Source: Rubripirellula sp.
GTDB taxonomy: Bacteria > Planctomycetota > Planctomycetia > Pirellulales > Pirellulaceae
Length of the DNA: 64,000 nt
Assembly (NCBI GenBank): GCA_965216875.1
Contig: OZ244207.1
Span: 7,168,001-7,232,000, forward strand
Direction: 5' to 3'
Shown here: in pieces, positions 56,344 to 64,000 of the stretch
How the letters are laid out: each line of letters begins with the position of its first letter
Position numbering within the stretch: position 1 is the first letter of the stretch
The notes under the pieces: model-generated
Told to the model about the DNA's origin: nothing
What the model saw: only the letters and a program-made list of their open reading frames with translations
Database searches by the model: none
Made by a program: the position numbers and the translations under genes

Positions 56344-58380
56344 CTAAGCAGGTTGAACCAGTTCGTGACCTGGGTCTTCGATGCCATGGTTGGCCAACAT
56401 TTGAGTGGTCTCGGGTGCCATCGAATCGAGTGGGAAGGAGAACTCGAAAGTCGTTCCTTTGCCCGCTTCGGTTTCGACGCCGATGTGTCCGCCCAATGCG
56501 TCACAGGCTTCCTTCACGGCTCCCATGCCAACACCGCGTCCGCTGGTGTCGGTCACCATTTCTGCGGTCGACAAGCCGTCCGAGAAGATTGCGTTGATCA
56601 GATCCTCTTGGCTGTCGCAAGCCACTCCATGCTTTTCGGCAGCGGCTTTGACCTTGTCCCAGTTGATTCCACGACCGTCGTCGGCGATCGAGATCACGTA
56701 CTGGCCATCGCGAATTGCCGTCGAGCAGGAAATGTTGCCCGCCTCGCTCTTGTTTTGGCTGGCGCGATCTTCCGGTGATTCCAACCCGTGGTCGACAGCG
56801 TTGCGGATCACGTGGATCAGCGACGACCAGAACTTGGACCAGATTCCCGCATCCGTTCTCAAGCCGTGGTGCAGCGTTTGAACCATCACTGTGCCTTTGC
56901 CAAGTCGTGCCGCGAGGCTGTTGGCTTGTTCGGCGATTCGGTCCAGACGATCGCTGGTCGGTTCAAGCTGCCAACTCGCAACTTGTCGAGCCAAAACATC
57001 GCTTGTGGCGTTGTTGAGGATCGAGGTCATCAGCTTTTGGAAGTCTTCTTCGGCAAGCACAACCTGGTCGGTATCTTCGGCGACCAAGCGATGCAGGTTG
57101 CCTCGAGTGCTGGCCCAAGCACCGAACATTTCGGTCCACTTTGGCCCCTCTGGAAGCTCTTCGTTTTCAGCGATGAAGTCTTCAATCACGTGGCAAGCGT
57201 CCGCAAGGCGTTGTAAGCCAAAGATCGAAGCGTTCCCCTTGAGCGTGTGGACTTGGCGTTTGATCCAAGACAGCTCTCGACCTTCGCGGTTGCGAAGTGC
57301 TTCGACGATGTCTTCGGCTTCTTGGAAGAACTCCATCAAGCCGTTTCGGTCGGATGTGATCCGTTCGATCATCGCGAGCATTTCGCGGTTTTCGATTTCC
57401 AGTTTTTCGCGTTCGACGTCGGCCGTGATATCGCTGACCACGACTGCCAAGGTCGAAAGCTCGGTTCCGTTGAACACAGGGCTGTATTCGATCGACATTG
57501 TGCGTGAACCGACGCCCACTCGCGATGGGAGTTGAGCGATCGTGACTTCTTCGGGCAAGATGCCGGCGAAGACGTCGTCCAAGCCAAGTTCCAACCAGTC
57601 GGCTGCCTTGGTGTCGTGTTGACGCAGGACATCGGCAAAGGTCGTTTGCGGCTCCACGGCACCGAGCAAGCGGTCGACGGCGGCCGAGCGTTCTTCGCTG
57701 ACCAAGCCTTCGATGCCCAAGGTGAAGAAGCCTTGCTTGACCGAATCGAGCAGCAATTGCATGTCGCGGTTACGACCAGCAAGTTCTTCCGTTCGAGCAG
57801 CAACGATCTTTTCCAGACCAATCACGTTGTCGAAGAAGCTGCGGGCGATAAAACACGCTGCAACCGATTCCAAGACGACGAATGCTGCGTGAACGGCGAC
57901 AACCCAAAACGGAGCTTCGTAGTTGAACACACTCGCAGGCAAAGCCAGCCAAAGGATCGCGTGGTGCAACGCTGCGGTAATCGCAGCGGCCACAATCACC
58001 ATCGGGTTCGCAAAAACCGCTAACAGTGCGAGCAACACAAAGAAGTAGAAGTGCATCTCGATTTGAACGGGACCTTGTCCAAAGTGAACAAGCAAACCGC
58101 CCATGAACATCGCCGTGATGCCCATCACTGTCGAAACCGCGCGACGCGATTTGAACATTCGGTGAGCCAACATTGGCCCCAGCAGCGTCGCCGCAGAAAG
58201 GACCAACGCCTGGATCGGTCCCGTATCGTTAAGGAACGCGATCAGGCTGAGCACCGGAACGTGGGCCACAAAGAACCACGTCGCGATGCGATTCATTCTC
58301 GTCAGGTACTCTTCCTCAAAATCCGAAGTGATTTTGGGGAGCACCAAGTAGTTAACGAGTGCTTTTACTTTCTGTAACAC
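56344..58380 (-). CDS. CheA-like histidine kinase: polytopic TM sensor, PAS-like domain, Hpt, HATPase; no CheW domain
   Basis: About 6 TMs; Hpt VHTLKGNA; N box HVIRNAVDHG; DDGRG; F box IFSDGLST; SGRGVGMG; stop about 25 aa after GKGTTFEF; GAGGTG RBS. Confidence 0.9.
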   Translation of the reverse strand: MLQKVKALVNYLVLPKITSDFEEEYLTRMNRIATWFFVAHVPVLSLIAFLNDTGPIQALVLSAATLLGPMLAHRMFKSRRAVSTVMGITAMFMGGLLVHFGQGPVQIEMHFYFFVLLALLAVFANPMVIVAAAITAALHHAILWLALPASVFNYEAPFWVVAVHAAFVVLESVAACFIARSFFDNVIGLEKIVAARTEELAGRNRDMQLLLDSVKQGFFTLGIEGLVSEERSAAVDRLLGAVEPQTTFADVLRQHDTKAADWLELGLDDVFAGILPEEVTIAQLPSRVGVGSRTMSIEYSPVFNGTELSTLAVVVSDITADVEREKLEIENREMLAMIERITSDRNGLMEFFQEAEDIVEALRNREGRELSWIKRQVHTLKGNASIFGLQRLADACHVIEDFIAENEELPEGPKWTEMFGAWASTRGNLHRLVAEDTDQVVLAEEDFQKLMTSILNNATSDVLARQVASWQLEPTSDRLDRIAEQANSLAARLGKGTVMVQTLHHGLRTDAGIWSKFWSSLIHVIRNAVDHGLESPEDRASQNKSEAGNISCSTAIRDGQYVISIADDGRGINWDKVKAAAEKHGVACDSQEDLINAIFSDGLSTAEMVTDTSGRGVGMGAVKEACDALGGHIGVETEAGKGTTFEFSFPLDSMAPETTQMLANHGIEDPGHELVQPA

Positions 58381-58388
58381 AACTCACC

Positions 58389-59015
58389 TCATTTGAGTCC
58401 AAAAGGATCGATGATTGCCTTCAGTTCTTTTGAGACAGCACACCCGTAGAGTGGAAGTTCTTCAAAAACTTCGCCCGCTACGGTCCGACGAATCAACGAA
58501 TCGTCTTGGATGTCCAAACCTTGTTTTCGTGATGTGTATCCGCCCGAGTAGCGGATCACGCCTTCAGCGTCGATGACCATCAGCAGAGGAGCTGATTCGA
58601 CGCCGTAGCGTTCTTTCAGTTGGGGAGCTGTGACGACGTCGACGTCATAGCCCTTTTCGTGCGCAACCTTCTCGAGTTCCGGATCGTGCCCAATGAGCAC
58701 GATGCGTTCGTGAGCGATGTCCAACGGATTTCGCTCGACGATCCTCTTCAAGACTCGCCGCGAACAGGGACAATCCCCATACAAGAAATGAAAGGCATGC
58801 CACGAACTGCCCGTGTTGGCGCTAACCAACTCAGTCGCGACGCCCTTCGATGGGTGCGGAAGCTCGACCCAATGTCCGACCATCAAGCTGGCGGTCACCA
58901 CCAACATTCCGGCCGCCCACAAGACAAGTGCGACTTTGCCCCCGCCTCGCATGACTGAAGATGATCGACTCACTGGTCGACCCTGTGCCGATTCGGCTGA
59001 TTCTTGACGAATCAT
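58389..59015 (-). CDS. Membrane-anchored thioredoxin-fold protein (CPCS motif, C-terminal YGC)
   Basis: TM VALVLWAAGMLVVTASLMV; HFLYGDCPCS; YGVESAP (cis-Pro loop-like); YSGGYT; LPLYGCAV; start could be 58952. Confidence 0.75.
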   Translation of the reverse strand: MIRQESAESAQGRPVSRSSSVMRGGGKVALVLWAAGMLVVTASLMVGHWVELPHPSKGVATELVSANTGSSWHAFHFLYGDCPCSRRVLKRIVERNPLDIAHERIVLIGHDPELEKVAHEKGYDVDVVTAPQLKERYGVESAPLLMVIDAEGVIRYSGGYTSRKQGLDIQDDSLIRRTVAGEVFEELPLYGCAVSKELKAIIDPFGLK

Positions 59016-59314
59016 CAGATTGCCCCCGTAATATTGCCCCGTCGCTGCTCGTTTTGCCCGTGAGGCAGCGAACATTGAAAAATGGATTACGGTTTCGGCG
59101 TCAGGTTAACTTTTCGCATGAAGTCGACTCACATTCGTGGCGAAAAGATGACGGTTGTTCGGGTCGCAAGGATCGGCCAGGGCGCTCCACCTGAGTGGGG
59201 AACCAAACAATCGCCGCTGGCTGCCCAAACAATTCCCAGCACGCCCCTGACAAATCGACGATGCACTTCCTAACATGTCGGGCCGTTTGACTCTCCCTTA
59301 CGGCATGGCGCAAC

Positions 59315-59926
59315 ATGCTCGAGATCCTTGAATTGCTCGCCGTCGTCTCTAGTGGTTGCTACGGCGTCCTGCTCGCACGCCGACACCAACTCGACTTCGT
59401 TGGTGTGTTTAGCCTCGCGCTTGTGGTCGCATTTGGCGGCGGCACCATGCGTGATCTGTTTCTCGACCGGCATCCACTTTTTTGGATTCGCGAACACCAC
59501 TATCCGGTCATCATCTTTGTGCTTTCACTGGCGACGTCGCTGATGCCGAAGATGCCTGAGGCAACCGAACGGATGCTTTATATCCCCGACGCGCTGGGAC
59601 TTGGTCTGTTCACGATCGTTGGAGCGACGGCCGCAATGGACGCGGGGACATCCTTGTTCATCGCTTCATTGATGGGAGTGATCACGGGAACCTTTGGTGG
59701 CGTGATCGGCGACATCGTTTGCAATCGCGTTCCCAGCTTGTTCCGCACCGCGCCGCTCTTTGCAACCTGTGCGTTCGCTGGATGCTGGTTGCTCTTTTCA
59801 CTCCAGGCTGTTCGCGTGCCCGAACCCTACGCGACAACAACTGCGACTGGATTTATCGTCATCTTCCGACTCGCATCGGTCCGGTGGAACTGGCAACTGC
59901 CACCGATGGATGTCGACCGGCCGTGA
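59315..59926 (+). CDS. Trimeric intracellular cation channel / UPF0126 family protein
   Basis: LDFVG...FGGGTMRD; DALGLGLF; GVITGTFGGVIGD. Confidence 0.92.
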   Translation: MLEILELLAVVSSGCYGVLLARRHQLDFVGVFSLALVVAFGGGTMRDLFLDRHPLFWIREHHYPVIIFVLSLATSLMPKMPEATERMLYIPDALGLGLFTIVGATAAMDAGTSLFIASLMGVITGTFGGVIGDIVCNRVPSLFRTAPLFATCAFAGCWLLFSLQAVRVPEPYATTTATGFIVIFRLASVRWNWQLPPMDVDRP

Positions 59927-60197
59927 TGCTCGCGCGGCCAGCGGCCTTGATCGTCAGGCGTGCAAGTCACAGTGGAGGTGGCGTGAAACTCGCATCCAAA
60001 CTTTTCCGCTTGCATTCTCTTCACGCCAGAGCCTACTCGATAATTGTCGTCTGAAGAGTTGAAGGGGCGGTTTTCGCAGGTATCGCTGAGGAAAGCTCCC
60101 GTGACAAGTCGATTCACAGGGTGTTCAGCACTCTAACCTCTTGGTGGTGCTCTCACCGAGTGAGCGAAAAACGACCGAACTATGAGCAAAAAGCAGC

Positions 60198-61145
60198 GTG
60201 TTTGAATCCATCCGTCTCTCAATAGTTGCCATCGTCCTTGGGCTTGCAATGATCAGTGCGCAAGCGGCGCCCGCAGTGGCTGGTGGACCACCGCCATGCG
60301 CCTGCGGTGAAGGTGCGTGCGATTGCACAATTGCTGTCGACTGTGAAACTCCCATTCAGTCCTATCGCAAGAGTTTCTATCAGGGATCGGAAGTCCTGGC
60401 GGGCCATTTGTTTGATACCGGCGACAAGCTGGGTGGGATGGACCAGACGTTCGAAGAGGTTCGAGCGAGCTTTGGTGTGCCTCTTGGAAGCATGGACAAC
60501 CTGCTTGGATTCCGCCCCTACTTTCGGGCGGACCACCTGCGGGGGCCCGTCGGGATCGACGCTCCCGGAACTCTTTATGACACCGGGGTGGCGATCTTCA
60601 ACCAGAAGACTTGGACCGACCGTTGGACCTCAACCATCGTGGTCACACCTTCGGTTCGCAGTGACATGACGACCAGTGAAAAGGCGTTCCGGCTCTTTGG
60701 TTTGGCGCTGGCCAATTGGAAGTGTCGCGATGATCTGACGCTTTCCTTCGGTGCGGTTTATTTTGACCGAGCCGACTTTCGCTTGCTTCCGGCGATCGGG
60801 CTTTCGTGGCAACCAACCCCTCAATGGAAGATCGATGCGACAATGCCGCGGCCACGGATTTCAAAACGACTTTGGAAAGACGGTGGCAACGCCGAGGGCT
60901 GGGCTTACATGGGGGGATCGATTGGCGGCAATACTTGGGCCGTCACTCGAGCCAATGGAGCGCGCGACGAATTGACCATCCGTGATTTGCGTCTGCTTTT
61001 CGGATACGAAGTCATCCGTCATGGGAACCGAGGTTGCTTTGTCGAGGGTGGCGCGGCTTTTGATCGCCGCATTGAATACGAGCGCCAGAATTTCGAACGC
61101 TCTCTCGATACCGGATTGTTCCTCAGTGCTGGGTTGAAGTTCTGA
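60198..61145 (+). CDS. Putative outer-membrane beta-barrel protein
   Basis: Signal peptide; amphipathic strands (LLPAIGLSWQP); C-terminal GLKF. Confidence 0.7.
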   Translation: MFESIRLSIVAIVLGLAMISAQAAPAVAGGPPPCACGEGACDCTIAVDCETPIQSYRKSFYQGSEVLAGHLFDTGDKLGGMDQTFEEVRASFGVPLGSMDNLLGFRPYFRADHLRGPVGIDAPGTLYDTGVAIFNQKTWTDRWTSTIVVTPSVRSDMTTSEKAFRLFGLALANWKCRDDLTLSFGAVYFDRADFRLLPAIGLSWQPTPQWKIDATMPRPRISKRLWKDGGNAEGWAYMGGSIGGNTWAVTRANGARDELTIRDLRLLFGYEVIRHGNRGCFVEGGAAFDRRIEYERQNFERSLDTGLFLSAGLKF

Positions 61146-61167
61146 TCGCGAGGCAAGTGCGACAGCC

Positions 61168-61282
61168 GTAGCTACCTTCGCTAGAAGGTGGTCTTCATCG
61201 CTGACGCGTTTTTTTGCATCACCACGCTCTGGCGAGCGTAGCTACGTTGAGTGCAAGGCCCGACGCAGCGCGTTCGACTCAC
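61168..61282. repeat. Inverted family A pair plus family B
   Basis: A at 61168-61191 and 61222-61245; B at 61257-61282. Confidence 0.85.
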
Positions 61283-61428
61283 GGAAAACCACAGCCTCTC
61301 CGCGATTACACGTTACAATCTGACCGCAGTTGATCGGCCGCCAGCGCAGGCAAATCGCCAACGTTGATTCAAGACGCGCCGAAACGAACAATGCTGTCCA
61401 GTGCTAGAGGGAAAGGCGAATCATCTCT

Positions 61429-62358
61429 GTGAATGCGCAAAGTCGAAGACTTCGAGTCATCGTGAATGGCAAAGCCGCAGCGGATCCGCTGTTGAGACCG
61501 GCTGTGAAAGAAATCCGAGACCGTGGGCACGACGTCGAAGTTCGCGTGACCTGGGAAGGTGGCGATGCGGCTCGGTATGCCAGCGAAGCCGTCGATGAAA
61601 AGGTTGACGTGGTGGTTGCCGCCGGTGGCGATGGCACGATCAACGAGGTTGCTGACGGAATGGTTTCCGGAGATTCGTCGTGCGAGTCGGCGCTCGCGGT
61701 GATCCCCTACGGAACGGCCAACGACTTTGCGACCGGGTCGGGCATTCTCAAGGGCGATCCACTCAGCGCACTTGAACTCGCGGCAACCGGTGATGCGACA
61801 GCGATCGACCTTGGCGAAGTCAACGGCCGCGTTTTCGTGAACGTGACCAGTGGCGGCTTTGGTGCTGAAGTCACTGCAAACACCCCAGCCGAACTCAAGA
61901 AAGCGATTGGCGGCGCCGCCTATTCCATCATGGGGGTCGTCACGGCAGCAAAGATGACGCCCTACGAGTGTCGGTTTACGACCCCCGAAGGCGAGACGCA
62001 TGAAGGTAAAGTCTTGATGATGGCCGTCGGCAATGGGCGGCAATGTGGTGGCGGCTATCAGGTCACCAGCCAAGCCTTACTCAATGATGGTTTACTCGAT
62101 GTCATCGTCGTTCAAGACGCCGAAATCCCTCAGCTCGGCGTCGTGATGAGCGAACTCATGGATGTGAACAATCAAGCCAACCGCTTTGTTTACTATCGCC
62201 AACTTCGCGAATTCAAGCTGCATTGCACTCGCCCGTTGCAAGTCAACTTGGATGGCGAACCCTATCGCGACACTGAATTCCACTTCAAAGCGATCCCGAA
62301 GGCGCTGCCTTGTATTCTGGGGCCCGACGCGCCTGTCATTCTGAAGAACCAAGCCTAG
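61429..62358 (+). CDS. yegS: Lipid kinase YegS (diacylglycerol kinase family)
   Basis: IVNGKA; VRVTWEGGDAARY; GGDGTINEV; GTANDFA; GNGRQCGGG; NLDGEP. Confidence 0.9.
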   Translation: MNAQSRRLRVIVNGKAAADPLLRPAVKEIRDRGHDVEVRVTWEGGDAARYASEAVDEKVDVVVAAGGDGTINEVADGMVSGDSSCESALAVIPYGTANDFATGSGILKGDPLSALELAATGDATAIDLGEVNGRVFVNVTSGGFGAEVTANTPAELKKAIGGAAYSIMGVVTAAKMTPYECRFTTPEGETHEGKVLMMAVGNGRQCGGGYQVTSQALLNDGLLDVIVVQDAEIPQLGVVMSELMDVNNQANRFVYYRQLREFKLHCTRPLQVNLDGEPYRDTEFHFKAIPKALPCILGPDAPVILKNQA

Positions 62359-62415
62359 GTTTTCTCTGCCACGCTTCGCGTTTCCTGCAAACACACGCCG
62401 GAGCAGGACCGCGAT

Positions 62416-63111
62416 TCAGTCGTCACTGCGCCGGTAGCGATCGCCAGGACGCGGCAACGCGCTCACCAACCAAGCGATGAGTACTGCGACATAGAACTGG
62501 CCCGTCACCGATTGAACCCAGGCAAGCGTACGGGTCAGTTGGTCTTGCGGGGTGATGTCGCCGTATCCCAATGTCGACATCGTCACAAAACTGAAGTAGA
62601 CAAAGTGTGAGAAATTTGGGGGCTCGTCGTTTTGCGCTGCGACGAAGTGATCGGGAAACGAATCGGGATAAAGGGTGTCGATCGCCCAATAGCTTAGCGC
62701 CCAAGCCAGTCCGAACAAAAGGTAGGCTGACATCGCAGCAAAGATGGTGTCGAGTGTGACTTCGAACGTGCGAATCACCAAGTAGACGATCACGATTCCG
62801 ACCAGCCAAAAAAAGCCGCTTCCGATCAAGCAGTGAATCGCGAAGAGCTGTGACGAGTCGACAAAGATGTTCGCCCAGCACGTTGGAAGCGCAACCACTA
62901 AGAGTGACAGTGAAAGCACTCGTGTCGTGCGATGCGTCACCGCAGCAGCAGCAGCCACCAATGCCAATGTTTGTCCGATCAACGAAAGTGTCCGACCGTC
63001 GTACCAACCTTCAAACGAGGGCAGCACCAGCAAACTGATAAGCAACGACGCAAACAACCAGCGGCTGACGGCGTGAAGCCGCTGCGAGGCTGCGAGTTCA
63101 TCTACTTGCAT
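62416..63111 (-). CDS. Potassium channel family protein (two-TM pore plus extra TMs)
   Basis: YFSFVTMSTLGYGDITP selectivity filter. Confidence 0.9.
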   Translation of the reverse strand: MQVDELAASQRLHAVSRWLFASLLISLLVLPSFEGWYDGRTLSLIGQTLALVAAAAAVTHRTTRVLSLSLLVVALPTCWANIFVDSSQLFAIHCLIGSGFFWLVGIVIVYLVIRTFEVTLDTIFAAMSAYLLFGLAWALSYWAIDTLYPDSFPDHFVAAQNDEPPNFSHFVYFSFVTMSTLGYGDITPQDQLTRTLAWVQSVTGQFYVAVLIAWLVSALPRPGDRYRRSDD

Positions 63112-63144
63112 TTCGGTATCCTAACCAGCCCAACCACGACCAAA

Positions 63145-64000
63145 TCAAACCGGTTGCGTTTCAACGATTTGCGTTTCAACCTTTGCACCGTCGTAGGCGA
63201 TCATCAGCACCTTGGTTCCCGCTTCGACGTCAACCAGGCCGGCAACGGGAACGCTTCCATCTGACAGGCTTCGTGTTCCTCGAATCGGGCGACCGTTCAG
63301 ATGAGTGAAACGCACATCGGCGTGAGCAAGCGTCGAGAGCTTTGGAAGTCTTGCCGTCGCATCGCGACCGGTTTGGGCGGCCGTTGTTTCAAGGGCACCC
63401 CCGCCCCGCGGTCGCTCGCTGGGGGCGTCGACCATGTTCCGCACACGCAAGCCAATTCGCGGATTTGATTTTGCCGGATCAAACTCCATTTCCAAGAAGT
63501 TCCAATAATACGGGTCGCCCTTGGCATGACCATTCAAGCGGGCGTCCGAGTACAGCTTGTGATAAAGCGAATGGATTTCCACGTCGCGTCCGTCAACGTC
63601 CTTCATCTCGGGACCAAAACCAGGAATCACACCGCGACCACCGCTTCGACCGATGGGGCCGAAACTGCATTCGATCACACGATGTTCACGGTTTTTCATG
63701 ATGCAGCCGTTGTGGACGTCGCCGTAGACGGTGACCACACCATCGCGAGAGCCTAGTAGCTCAAGCACGCGGTCGGCACCTGCTTTGACCCAGCCGGCAT
63801 AGTCCGCCGTGACGCGGTCACGCTGTGAGAACTTTTGCGGGTGTTCGCCACTTTCATGTTTGCCTCTTCCACCGGTCCAGATCGTGTGCATCCCGTTGAT
63901 TCCGGTCAGGCAAATGAGACGTGACGAATCGGTCGCCAACAACTCAGATAACCAAGCGAACTGTTCTTCACCGAGCAAGCTTCGGGTCGGATCGGTTCGA
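63145..64000 (-). CDS. PhoD-like metallophosphatase, C-terminal part (N-terminus outside the window)
   Basis: Frame open to the window edge; RSLLGEEQFAWL and GDVH motifs. Confidence 0.65.
   Translation of the reverse strand, partial: RTDPTRSLLGEEQFAWLSELLATDSSRLICLTGINGMHTIWTGGRGKHESGEHPQKFSQRDRVTADYAGWVKAGADRVLELLGSRDGVVTVYGDVHNGCIMKNREHRVIECSFGPIGRSGGRGVIPGFGPEMKDVDGRDVEIHSLYHKLYSDARLNGHAKGDPYYWNFLEMEFDPAKSNPRIGLRVRNMVDAPSERPRGGGALETTAAQTGRDATARLPKLSTLAHADVRFTHLNGRPIRGTRSLSDGSVPVAGLVDVEAGTKVLMIAYDGAKVETQIVETQPV

Overview
A 64-kb chromosomal window from a moderately high-GC bacterium. The gene content (DUF1549/DUF1553 and DUF1501 proteins, GYF_2 protein, BatA/vWA pair, HTH-extended sigma-70) points to a Pirellulaceae-type planctomycete; this is an inference. 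It holds about 47 CDSs. Housekeeping genes: rpe, xseB-ispA-dxs, thrS, hisH/hisE/hisG, obgE-coaX, yegS. The intergenic spaces carry at least seven families of REP-like palindromes. I saw no rRNA, tRNA, CRISPR array, transposase or prophage gene. Best candidates for under-described systems: (1) a five-gene minus-strand signalling operon (54123-59015) encoding a membrane-anchored thioredoxin-like CxCS protein, a CheA-like kinase with a His-rich polytopic membrane sensor and no CheW domain, CheX, CheY and a soluble degenerate chemoreceptor, with no cheW, cheR or cheB in the window; (2) a DUF1549/1553 - DUF1501 - ECF sigma operon (5040-10559) whose putative anti-sigma factor carries a full-length degenerate copy of the operon's own CxxCH protein; (3) a secreted FAD oxidoreductase coupled to a double-FMN-binding NosR-like membrane Fe-S protein; (4) a 29-aa eL41/bS22-like basic peptide; (5) a sigma-70 with three extra HTH motifs, no region 3 and a structured leader. 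All product calls come from motifs recognised by eye; no database search was run.
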